DNA from: Anaeromyxobacter sp.
Lineage (GTDB): Bacteria > Myxococcota > Myxococcia > Myxococcales > Anaeromyxobacteraceae
NCBI GenBank assembly: GCA_035627135.1
Contig: DASPMI010000193.1
Coordinates: 1,708-65,707, forward strand
Reading direction: 5' to 3'
Length of the DNA stretch: 64,000 nucleotides
Shown here: positions 19,492-28,290 of the stretch, one piece after another
Layout: every line of letters starts with the position of its first letter
Numbering within the stretch: the stretch's first letter is position 1
The notes under the pieces: generated by a model
The model's database searches: none
What the model saw: only the letters and a program-made list of their open reading frames with translations
Told to the model about the DNA's origin: nothing
Translations under genes and position numbers: made by a program

Positions 19492-20334
19492 ATGCCCCTC
19501 GCGCTGATCCCCTCGTTCCAGCTCCCCAGCCTCGAGCTCGGCCCGATCACGATCCAGTCGTTCGGCGTGCTCACCGCGCTCGGCGTGCTCACCGCGGTCT
19601 GGCTCTCGGGCCGGGCCGCGCGCCAGCTGGGCAAGGACCCGCAGGTGATCGTCGACTTCTCGGTGGTCGGGATCCTGGCCGGCGTCCTCGTGGGCCACCT
19701 CGTCCACGCGGGCTTCTACCACCCCGAGGAAGGCCGCGAGGCGCTCGGCCTCATCGGGAAGTGCCTCTCCGGCGAGGGGTGCAGCGACGTGGGCGGCGCG
19801 TTCAAGGTGTGGGAGGGGCTCTCCTCCATGGGCGGCCTCGTCGGCGGCATCGCCGCCGCCGCGATCTGGTTCCGCCGCAAGAAGATCCCCTTCGCCGACT
19901 ACTCCGACGCGTTCGCGCTGGGGATCGCGCCGGGGTGGGGCGTGGCGCGGGTCGGCTGCTTCACGGTCCACGACCACCCCGGCGTCCGCTCGGACTTCTT
20001 CCTGGCCGTGAAGATGAACGGCGTGCCCCGCCACGACCTCGGGCTGTACGAAGCCATCCTCCTGTTCGCCCTCGCCGCGCTCCTGTGGACCCTGCACCGG
20101 CGCGACCTGCTGCGTGGACGGCTGCTCGCGCTCCTGGCCGTGCTCTACGGCGTCGCCCGGTTCTTCCTCGACTTCCTCCGCGCGCGCCCCGGTGACGTGG
20201 GGTACGCGGACGGTCGCGTGTTCGGGCTCACGGCTGCGCAGTACATCGTCATCGTGCTCGCGGCGTACGGCGCCTGGCGGCTCTCGCGCCCCCGCCCTCC
20301 CGGCAGGCAGGCGGGGCAGGGCAAGGCGGCCTGA
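19492..20334 (+). CDS. lgt: Prolipoprotein diacylglyceryl transferase family protein
   Basis: GLSSMGG, ARVGCF..HDHPG, RHDLGLYE, RFFLDFLR. Confidence 0.88.
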   Translation: MPLALIPSFQLPSLELGPITIQSFGVLTALGVLTAVWLSGRAARQLGKDPQVIVDFSVVGILAGVLVGHLVHAGFYHPEEGREALGLIGKCLSGEGCSDVGGAFKVWEGLSSMGGLVGGIAAAAIWFRRKKIPFADYSDAFALGIAPGWGVARVGCFTVHDHPGVRSDFFLAVKMNGVPRHDLGLYEAILLFALAALLWTLHRRDLLRGRLLALLAVLYGVARFFLDFLRARPGDVGYADGRVFGLTAAQYIVIVLAAYGAWRLSRPRPPGRQAGQGKAA

Positions 20335-20402
20335 GGGGCGCCGAGGGGACGGCCGCCGCTGGGGCGGGGCGGCACGCCCCGTCGCCGATGTAGAATGCCC
20401 CG

Positions 20403-22331
20403 ATGCCCGTCGCGCCCGGCCGAGAGCTCGCCCGCAGGGACGCCCTGGCGCGCACCCGCGCCCCCGAGCCGTCCGGGGGGGACGAGGTCGCGGCGCTCGA
20501 GGCGCGGCTCCGCGGCGTCCTCGACGAGGTCACCGCGCTCGACGTCGAGATCGAGAAGCTCTCGGCCGCGCTCGCCGACTTCTCCCGCGCCTGGGAGCAC
20601 CAGCTCGGCCGGGCGTTCGCCGAGCGCGCCGTGGCCGAGCGGCTCGTGCGCCGCCTCACCGGGCTCGAGGACGCGCTGTTCGAGGAGTCGAACCGCGTCC
20701 GCGCGGCGGAGCCGCAGCCGCGCCGGCGGCGGGCGCAGCGGCGGACGCGGCACGCCTCGGCGGCCCGGCGCGCGCGCGCCGCGTGGGATCCGGCGCCGGA
20801 GCCTCACGACGGCTGGCCGGAGGCGGGCGGACCCGATCCGGGAACGGCCGAGGCCGCGCAGGCCGCGCCGGAGCCGGAGGTCGAGGCGCGGGAGGTGTCG
20901 CTCAAGCGCACGTACCGGCGCCTCGCCCGGCTCCTCCACCCCGACCTCGCGCAGGACGACGGCGAGCGGGCCCGGCTCTCCGACCTCATGGCGCGGGTGA
21001 ACGCCGCGTACGCCCGTGGCGATCTGACGGAGCTCTCCGTGCTCTCGGAGCGCCTCGGCGCGGGCGAGCCGCTCGGCGAGCTCACCGACGACGAGCGGCG
21101 GGCGCACCTCCAGGCCCGCGTCGCGAACCTCGAGCGGATCGCGGCCTCGCTCCGGCGCGAGCGCGACCGGCTCCTCCGGAGCGACACCGAGCGGCTGCGG
21201 ACGGAGTCCGCGCGCCGCGCCGAGGCGGGCGGCGATCTCGTCGAGGAGACGCGGGTCGAGCTCGCCGAGGAGACCGCGGCGGCGTACGGCGACGCGCTCG
21301 CCCGGCTCGAGCGGCTCGGCAAGGCCGCGCGCGAGCTGGCGCGCGCGAGGAAGGCACGGATGCGAGAGCTCGAGAAGAGGGGACCGACCGGCGCGAAGCG
21401 CGCCTTCGATCCGCTGGCCGAGAGCGAGCTGGTCCGCCGCGGCGCGGCGCGGCTCGAGGAGCGCCGGGCCACCGCCGCCGCGCGGGAGCTGGCCCGCGCC
21501 CTCGAGGACCAGGCCCGCGCCGCCCTGTGGGAGGTGGCGCTCACCTGCCTCGCGTTCTTCGCAGAGGCGGCCGGCACCCGGCCGCCCGACGTGCTGGCGA
21601 CGGCCGAGGGCTGGACCGCGGTCTGGGACGCGGTGCGGGCGGAGTGGCCGGGCGCGCCCGAGCTGCCGCGGGCGCTCGCGCGGCTCCCGCGGCACCTCAC
21701 CCTGGGCGCGCGGCAGGACGGCGACGAGGTCCTCGCGGGCATGCAGCTCGCGTCCGCCGACCTCGCGGCGGGCGTCCAGATGGCGCTCGATCGCCCGGCC
21801 GTCGCGCGGGTCGGCGCCGCGGTGCTGGCGGCGCTGGGGCCCGTCGAGACCTGCCCGGCGTGCCGCGCGGCGGGGCCCGCGCGGCACCTGCACCGGACCC
21901 GCGGCCTCGACACGCTGCACGGGCTCGTGTGCGCCGCGTGCGGCGCCGTGCTCCGCAGCTACTGGCGGTACGGCGAGGTGGACGGGCTGGAGGCGCTCGC
22001 GCCGCACGCGCTCCGGCTCGGGCTCGTCGCGGAGGTGACCGCGGCGCTCGCCGGGACGACGCTCGGCTTCCAGCTGCTCCCGGCCGAGGCAGAGGCGCTC
22101 ACCGCGGAGAAGCTGCGCCGGCGCTTCGCGGACCTCTACCTCACGCCCTACGACGTCGCCCTCGCGCCGGCGGCGGTGCAGGTGCTCGGCGAGGAGGGCC
22201 CGCTCGGCCCGGGCGCCCGCCTGGAGGGGCGCGGCCGCCTCGAGCTCGCGCCCGCGCCCGACGCCGGCGTGACCGGCCCGGAGCTCCTCGAGCTCCTGCG
22301 CGCGCGCATCGAACGGCGGTTCCGGCCATGA
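20403..22331 (+). CDS. Coiled-coil / J-domain-like (HPD) / zinc-ribbon protein
   Basis: LKRTYRRLARLLHPDL..VNAAY, CPAC and CAAC pair. Confidence 0.75.
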   Translation: MPVAPGRELARRDALARTRAPEPSGGDEVAALEARLRGVLDEVTALDVEIEKLSAALADFSRAWEHQLGRAFAERAVAERLVRRLTGLEDALFEESNRVRAAEPQPRRRRAQRRTRHASAARRARAAWDPAPEPHDGWPEAGGPDPGTAEAAQAAPEPEVEAREVSLKRTYRRLARLLHPDLAQDDGERARLSDLMARVNAAYARGDLTELSVLSERLGAGEPLGELTDDERRAHLQARVANLERIAASLRRERDRLLRSDTERLRTESARRAEAGGDLVEETRVELAEETAAAYGDALARLERLGKAARELARARKARMRELEKRGPTGAKRAFDPLAESELVRRGAARLEERRATAAARELARALEDQARAALWEVALTCLAFFAEAAGTRPPDVLATAEGWTAVWDAVRAEWPGAPELPRALARLPRHLTLGARQDGDEVLAGMQLASADLAAGVQMALDRPAVARVGAAVLAALGPVETCPACRAAGPARHLHRTRGLDTLHGLVCAACGAVLRSYWRYGEVDGLEALAPHALRLGLVAEVTAALAGTTLGFQLLPAEAEALTAEKLRRRFADLYLTPYDVALAPAAVQVLGEEGPLGPGARLEGRGRLELAPAPDAGVTGPELLELLRARIERRFRP

Positions 22332-22693
22332 GCCAGGCGCCAGACATCGAGATCCTCCTCCTCGAGGACGACGCGGCCATCCTGGAGGGGCTCGTGGAGT
22401 GCCTGGAGCTGGCGGGCCATCGGGTCCACGCGGTCTCCGACGGGGCCGAGGCCCTGGGGTGGCTCGCGGCCGGAAACCGGCCCCGCCTGGTCGTGCTCGA
22501 CCTCGTGATGCCGCGCATGGGCGGCGAGGAGTTCCTCCGCGAGTTCCGCGCCCAACCCGGCGCACGCGTCCCCGTGGTGCTCATGACCGCGGCCTCGCCC
22601 GGGAGCGTGGAGCTTCCGCAGGTGGACGCGTTCCTCGCGAAGCCCTTCGAGCTCGACGAGTTCCTTCGCGCCGTCCAGCGGTTCTTGCGGTGA
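22328..22693 (+). CDS. Single-domain response regulator
   Basis: LEDD, LDLVMP, AKPF; ATGA overlap with upstream gene. Confidence 0.92.
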   Translation: MSQAPDIEILLLEDDAAILEGLVECLELAGHRVHAVSDGAEALGWLAAGNRPRLVVLDLVMPRMGGEEFLREFRAQPGARVPVVLMTAASPGSVELPQVDAFLAKPFELDEFLRAVQRFLR

Positions 22694-22700
22694 GGGCCCA

Positions 22701-22767
22701 TGAACGAGCCCGCTCCCGCGCGCGAGGCCGGTTTCCCCGCGGGCTCGGGCTCGGGCACGTTCACGGG
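22701..22767. repeat. Family B palindromic repeat
   Basis: tgaacgagcccgctcccg ... cgggctcgggctcgggcacgttca; 18 bp identical to 59859-59876. Confidence 0.8.
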
Positions 22768-22822
22768 TGTCCCCCCGGGTAGCCCATTTGCGTCCCCCCT
22801 CCAGCCGAGATAAACCGACCCC

Positions 22823-23833
22823 GTGCGCGTTCTCGTGACGGGTGGAACCGGCTTCATCGGCGGCGCCGTGGTGCGCGAGCTCGCCGGGCGCGGGCACGCG
22901 GTCCGGGTCCTCTGCCGGCCGACGAGCGTCGCGGAGCGGGCGGCCCAGGCCGGGGCGGAGGTGGTCCGGGGCGAGCTGACGGACGCGGCCGCGGTCCGGG
23001 CGGCGCTCTCCGGCTGCGACGCGGTGATGCACGTGGCCGGCCGGGTCCTGGTCCGCCCTGGCGTCGAGTCCGAGCTCCGGATCGCCAACGTGGACGCCGT
23101 CGAGGTCGTGCTGAGCGCGGCGCTCGCCGCCGGTATCTCGCGCGCCGTGTTCACCTCGTCCACCGCCGTCCTGGGCGGCGCCCGCACACCCGCCGTGCTG
23201 GACGAGCGCAGCGCCGGCAACGCCGAGTCGCTCGGCATCGCCTACTTCACGAGCAAGCTGGAGGGCGAGCGCCACGCCCTGGCGCTCGCCGGGCGCGGCC
23301 TGCCGCTCGTCGTGCTGCGCCCGTCGTTCGTGCTCGGGCCGGGGGACGTCCACGGCTCCTCCGCGGCCACCGTCGTCGCCCTGGCCCGCCGCCACATCCC
23401 GGGCTACGTCGAGGGCGGCGCCTCGTTCTGCGACGTGCGGGACGTCGCGCGCGCGCACGTGGAGGCGCTCGAGCGCGGCCGGGCGGGCGAGATCTACACG
23501 CTCGGCGGCCACAACCTCACGACCACCGAGATGGTGACCCGCGTGTGCGAGCTCTCCGGCGCACAGGTCCCGCGCAAGCTGCCCTTCTCGGCGGCCATGG
23601 CCATCGCCGCGGCCGAGGAGATCACCGCGGGGCTCCAGAAGCGCCAGCCCTCGATCACCCGCGACCTCGTGCGGGCGTCCGCCCTGTACACCTTCGCCTC
23701 CTCCGACAAGGCGCGGGCGGAGCTCGCCTACGCCATCCGCCCGTTCGACGAGATGGTGATCGACACGCTCCGCTGGGCGATCGCGAACGGGAAGCTCCGC
23801 GCGGACACGGAAGCGCTGAAGGCGCTGGGCTGA
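22823..23833 (+). CDS. NAD-dependent epimerase/dehydratase (HpnA/DFR-like)
   Basis: TGGTGFIG, YFTSK, DVRDVARAH. Confidence 0.9.
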   Translation: MRVLVTGGTGFIGGAVVRELAGRGHAVRVLCRPTSVAERAAQAGAEVVRGELTDAAAVRAALSGCDAVMHVAGRVLVRPGVESELRIANVDAVEVVLSAALAAGISRAVFTSSTAVLGGARTPAVLDERSAGNAESLGIAYFTSKLEGERHALALAGRGLPLVVLRPSFVLGPGDVHGSSAATVVALARRHIPGYVEGGASFCDVRDVARAHVEALERGRAGEIYTLGGHNLTTTEMVTRVCELSGAQVPRKLPFSAAMAIAAAEEITAGLQKRQPSITRDLVRASALYTFASSDKARAELAYAIRPFDEMVIDTLRWAIANGKLRADTEALKALG

Positions 23834-23922
23834 CGGGGCCGGGCCCGGCGAGTCCGCCGGGGCCGAGGACGCCCCGCCGGCGCCGGCGCGCTCCGGCCCA
23901 GCAGCGCCGGACCTGCGCTCGC

Positions 23923-25236
23923 TCACGCCTGCGCCGGGACGGCCTCCGGCGGCCGGATCCGCACCCGCCGCACGACCCGCGCCGACGCCTCCATCACCTC
24001 GACGACCGTGCCGTCCGCGAGGCGGAGCCGGGTGCCGCGCTCGGGCACGGCGCCCGCGAGGCTCACGCACAGGCCCGCCACCGTGGTGTAGTCCTCGCCC
24101 TCGGGCAGGCCGAGGCCGAGCGCCCGGTTGGCGTCGCGCACCGGGACGTCGCCGCGCACGATCGCGGTGCCCGACGGCTCGCGCCGGATCGCGTCGAGCG
24201 GCTCCTCGGCCTCGCCCAGGATGTCGCCGACGAGCTCCTCGACGAGGTCCTCGAGCGTCAGCATGCCCGAGACGCCGCCGTGCTCGTCGACGACGATCGC
24301 GAGCTGCTGGCGGTCGCGCTGCATGTCCCGCAGCACCTGCACCGCGCGGGCGGTCTCCGGCACGAAGCGGACCGGGCGGAGGAGGTCGGGCAGGACGAGG
24401 AGGTGGCGGTCCCACGCCATGGCCGCGAGGTCCTTCGCCATCACGTAACCGACGATCTCGTCGAGCGTGCCGTCGTAGACGGGCATGCGCGAGCGCCCCT
24501 CCTCGAGCAGCAGGCGCTTCAGGTCCTCCTGCGGCGCGTCGAGCGGCAGGGCGACGATCCTGTTCCGGGGCACCATCACGTCGGCGGCGGTGAGGTCGCG
24601 GAAGGCGAGCGCGCGCGAGGCGATCTCCGCGGTGGGCGGGTCGATCGAGCCCGACTTGCCCGCCTCCTCGACGAGCTGCTCGAGCTCCTCGGCCGAGAGC
24701 CGGGTCTCGGTGAACGTGGTCCTGTCGCCGAACGGGCGGAGCACCACGTTCGAGCTGCGGGTGAGGAACCAGATGAGCGGCCGCACGAGGCGGGAGAGCA
24801 GCAGGAGCGGCGCGGAGACGAGGAGCGCGTACCGCTCGGCGCCGCGCAGCGCGAGCGACTTGGGGACGAGCTCGCCCAGGACCAGCGAGAGGTAGGAGAC
24901 GAGCGCGACGACGAGGGTGAACGCGATGGTGTCGGCCCATCGATCGAGGCCCGGGATGGCCGCCACCACCGGGGAGAGGCGCCTCGCGAGCTCTGCGCCG
25001 CCGAACGCGGCGGCGGTGGCGCCGACGACCGAGATGCCGGTCTGCACGGTGGCGATGAACGGCTCCGGCTGGTCGCGCAGCTCCCGCAACGCCCGCGCGC
25101 CCCGCCGCCCCTCCTCGACGAGCTGCGCGATCCGGCTCCGGCGGAGCGAGATCACCGCGATCTCGGCGCCGGAGAACACCCCGTTCGCGAGGACGAGGGC
25201 GAGGACGACGAGCAGCTCGAACAGGACGTCTGGCAT
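23923..25236 (-). CDS. Hemolysin family CNNM/CBS/CorC protein
   Basis: NGVFSGAEIA, GELVPKSLA, VMVPR, RSRMPVY, VDEHGG. Confidence 0.93.
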   Translation of the reverse strand: MPDVLFELLVVLALVLANGVFSGAEIAVISLRRSRIAQLVEEGRRGARALRELRDQPEPFIATVQTGISVVGATAAAFGGAELARRLSPVVAAIPGLDRWADTIAFTLVVALVSYLSLVLGELVPKSLALRGAERYALLVSAPLLLLSRLVRPLIWFLTRSSNVVLRPFGDRTTFTETRLSAEELEQLVEEAGKSGSIDPPTAEIASRALAFRDLTAADVMVPRNRIVALPLDAPQEDLKRLLLEEGRSRMPVYDGTLDEIVGYVMAKDLAAMAWDRHLLVLPDLLRPVRFVPETARAVQVLRDMQRDRQQLAIVVDEHGGVSGMLTLEDLVEELVGDILGEAEEPLDAIRREPSGTAIVRGDVPVRDANRALGLGLPEGEDYTTVAGLCVSLAGAVPERGTRLRLADGTVVEVMEASARVVRRVRIRPPEAVPAQA

Positions 25237-25395
25237 GCGCTTTCCTGGGGATGAGCCTGCGTCCGCCCGTGCGTCGGGGCTCGCCGCCGGCGCGGGATCG
25301 TTCACCTCGGCCCCGACCGGAGACTCCCACCGTCGCCCCCCGAGGTCTACTTCACACCCGGCCTGGAGGCTGCACGCCCTGCCCGGGGATCCACC

Positions 25396-26520
25396 ATGTC
25401 ATTCGAGCCGACCGGAAGACCGGCGGACCTGGAGCTCGCTGGTCCGGAGAGGAGCCCGGCGGGCCGGCTCCGCGCGCTCCTCCCCTGGGCGATCCTCGCG
25501 CCGTCGCGGCACAACACGCAGCCATGGCTCTTCGAGATCGAGGGTGACGAGCTGCGCCTGTACGCGGACCCGTCCCGCGCGCTGCCGGCGACCGATCCCG
25601 ACGGGCGCGAGCTGCTCATGTCCTGCGGCGCGGCGCTCGCCAACGTCGTCGTCGCGGCCGGGCACTTCGGGTGGGCGACGTCCGTCGAGATCGCGCCCGG
25701 CCACCGGCGCGACGGGCTCGTCGCGCGGGTCCAGCTCGAGGAGCGCCGGTCGATCCGGCCGGACGTCGAGGAGCTGTTCCAGGCGATCCCGCGCCGGCGG
25801 ACGAACCGCCTGCCGCTCGACGGGCGTGAGCCCCCGGAGGGCCTCGTCGCCCAGCTCGTCCGCGAGGCGCGCCGGGAGGGCGTGGCCGTCCGGCCGGTGG
25901 AGGACCACCAGCGTGCGCTCGTGGCCGAGCTCGTGAGTGAGGGCGACCGCATCCAGTGGTCCAACCCGCGCTGGCGGGCGGAGCTCGCGTCGTGGACGCA
26001 CAGCAGCGCGAGCCCTCGCAGGGACGGGATGCCGGCGGCGGCGCAGGGGCTCTCGGATCTCGCCGCGCTCCTCCAGCCGATCCTGTTCCGGTTCCGCAAC
26101 CCGGCGCGGATCGAGGCGGAGCGGGACCGCCGACGCGCGCGCACGACGCGTGCGCTGCTCGTGTTCTCGACGCGCCGCGACGGGAAGGAGGAGTGGGTCG
26201 CCGCCGGCGAGGCGCTCCAGCGCGTGCTGCTCCGCGCCACCGCCGCGGGCCTCACGGCCTCGTACCTGAACCAGGCCATCGAGGTCCCGGAGCTGCGCGC
26301 GCGCCTCCGGGACGCGATCGGGGAGGCCGGCCTTCCCCAGATCATGATCCGGCTCGGGTACGGGCTCGAGGCGCCGCCCACCCCGCGCAGGGAGCTCGAG
26401 GACGTCCTGCGCAGGTACCACCCGCGCGCCAGGCGCACGCAGTCGCTGGCCTTGCGGGGGCGCCTGGATCTCCAAGCGCTGCTCGGGAACGGCGACTTCC
26501 ACGCGTCCGGTCCGGGCTGA
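25396..26520 (+). CDS. Acg-type nitroreductase family protein
   Basis: APSRHNTQPW, SCGAAL, RRRTNR, GEALQRVLLRAT, QIMIRLGY. Confidence 0.9.
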   Translation: MSFEPTGRPADLELAGPERSPAGRLRALLPWAILAPSRHNTQPWLFEIEGDELRLYADPSRALPATDPDGRELLMSCGAALANVVVAAGHFGWATSVEIAPGHRRDGLVARVQLEERRSIRPDVEELFQAIPRRRTNRLPLDGREPPEGLVAQLVREARREGVAVRPVEDHQRALVAELVSEGDRIQWSNPRWRAELASWTHSSASPRRDGMPAAAQGLSDLAALLQPILFRFRNPARIEAERDRRRARTTRALLVFSTRRDGKEEWVAAGEALQRVLLRATAAGLTASYLNQAIEVPELRARLRDAIGEAGLPQIMIRLGYGLEAPPTPRRELEDVLRRYHPRARRTQSLALRGRLDLQALLGNGDFHASGPG

Positions 26521-26610
26521 CCTCCCGGCGGAGGCTGCCGGGCTATCGCTCGACGATTGGCGCACGGTAGGATTGTCCTCCCGTCGCAGCGGAGGACCCG
26601 GGAGGAGCCA

Positions 26611-27021
26611 ATGTCGGAGCGGCAATGGCCGAGGCAGCGCCGGTTCACCCGGATCCCGTTCCACGTCCCGGCGTACTTCGAGGCGAACGGGGAGCGGCTC
26701 CCCTGCTCGCTCGTGAACGTCTCGCTGAAGGGCGCGCTCGTCGAGCTCTCGTCGGGGGTCGCGCCGGCGAAGGGGAGCACGTGCGCGGTGACGATCGACC
26801 TCGACCCCGCCGGCGGCGCGCGCATCCGGATGGACGGCGACGTCGCCCACCAGCGCGGGAACCAGATCGGCGTCCGCTGCGACGAGCTCGACCTCGAATC
26901 GATGCAGCACCTCCGCCGGATCCTCGAGGTCAACGTCGGGGACGAGTCGCTGGTGCTCCGCGAGCTCGGCGAGCTCGTGGCCGAGCGGGAGTGGGAGGCC
27001 GCGGAGGCGGGGAAGCGGTGA
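26611..27021 (+). CDS. PilZ domain protein
   Basis: RxxxR (RRFTR) and NxSxxG (NVSLKG) motifs; SD GGAGG. Confidence 0.88.
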   Translation: MSERQWPRQRRFTRIPFHVPAYFEANGERLPCSLVNVSLKGALVELSSGVAPAKGSTCAVTIDLDPAGGARIRMDGDVAHQRGNQIGVRCDELDLESMQHLRRILEVNVGDESLVLRELGELVAEREWEAAEAGKR

Positions 27022-27109
27022 GGGGGCACGGGGTGCACCAGTAGAAGAGTCGGGTGCGGGACCGGGAGCGGGTTCGGGGGCGGGGACGGGAACGGCTCCG
27101 GGAGCCGGG

Positions 27110-28246
27110 TCACGGGGGCGCGCCGAGCGTCAGCCGGAGGAGCCGGACGATCTCGGCCGCGCGCGCTTCATGGAGCGGATCCTCGCGGTCGCGCGCCCGC
27201 GGGTGCGCGGGGCGGGTCTCGAGCACGTCGGTGACGCGCAGACCTGCCTTCGCGGCGAGGGCCGCGAGGTGCCCCGCGGGCCGCAGCCCGAGCCGCTCGG
27301 CGAGATCCGAGATCACGATCCACGCCTCGCCCCCGGGGCCGAGCGCCGAAGGGAGGCCGGCGACGAGGCGCGCGAGGAAGGCGCCGCCAGGATCGTAGAC
27401 CGCGCGGTCGAGCGGTCCGAACGCGTCGGCGGGCAGCCAGGGCGGGTTGCAGACGACGAGGTCGGCGGCCTCGCCGGGGAAGAGGTCGGCGGCGCAGACC
27501 TCGACGGCCGCCTCGAGGCCGAGGCGGGCGGCGTTCTCGCGGGCGCAGGCCACGGCGCGCGGCTCGAGGTCGGTTGCGAGCACGCGCGCGCCCCGGCGCG
27601 CGAGGACGAACGCGAGGACGCCGGTCCCGGTCCCGAGGTCGAGCGCGCGCTTTCCCGCGACGGGCCAGCGCTCCGCGGCGCGCGCGACCAGGTCGACGTA
27701 CTCGCCGCGGATGGGCGCGAAGACCCCGTGGTGCGGGTGGACGCGCGCGCCGAGCGCGGGCACGTGGACGCCGCGCCGCCGCCACTCGTGCGCGCCGACC
27801 ATGCCGAGGAGGTCGCGGAGCGGGAGCGCGCCGGCGCCGGTCGCCGGCCCGAGGGCCTCCTCGCACGCGGCGCGGACGTCCGGAGCCCGGGCGAGCTCGA
27901 CGGCGTAGCCGACGCCGATGGGCACCGCCAGGCGCGCGAGGACCTCGTGCTCGAGGCGGGCCGACTCGCGAGAGGCGAGGAAGAGCCGCGTGAGCGCACT
28001 GGCGCCTGCGCCGGACGCGACGTCACGCGCCGTCGCGCGAGCGCGCCGCGACCCGGACGGGTGCGGTCGGAGCCTTCGACCCATCCCCGCGAGGAGCTGT
28101 CGCGCTCCGTGATAGCTGCCCCGGTACAGGAGCCCGTGGCGCCTGCGGGCGAGCTCCAGCGCCGCCTCCGCTCGGGTCTGGTCGCCGACCTCGTGCCAGC
28201 AGCCGGGAGCAGGCCTGTCCGGGGCGAGCCATCGCGGAACTGGCAC
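27110..28246 (-). CDS. Class I SAM-dependent methyltransferase (MTS/HemK-like; start uncertain)
   Basis: LDLGTGTG, VCNPPW, GVFAPIRGEY. Confidence 0.85.
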   Translation of the reverse strand: MPVPRWLAPDRPAPGCWHEVGDQTRAEAALELARRRHGLLYRGSYHGARQLLAGMGRRLRPHPSGSRRARATARDVASGAGASALTRLFLASRESARLEHEVLARLAVPIGVGYAVELARAPDVRAACEEALGPATGAGALPLRDLLGMVGAHEWRRRGVHVPALGARVHPHHGVFAPIRGEYVDLVARAAERWPVAGKRALDLGTGTGVLAFVLARRGARVLATDLEPRAVACARENAARLGLEAAVEVCAADLFPGEAADLVVCNPPWLPADAFGPLDRAVYDPGGAFLARLVAGLPSALGPGGEAWIVISDLAERLGLRPAGHLAALAAKAGLRVTDVLETRPAHPRARDREDPLHEARAAEIVRLLRLTLGAPP

Positions 28247-28290
28247 GGAATCCCTGACCTGGCCGGCTGGCCCGTTAAATATCGTTCCGC

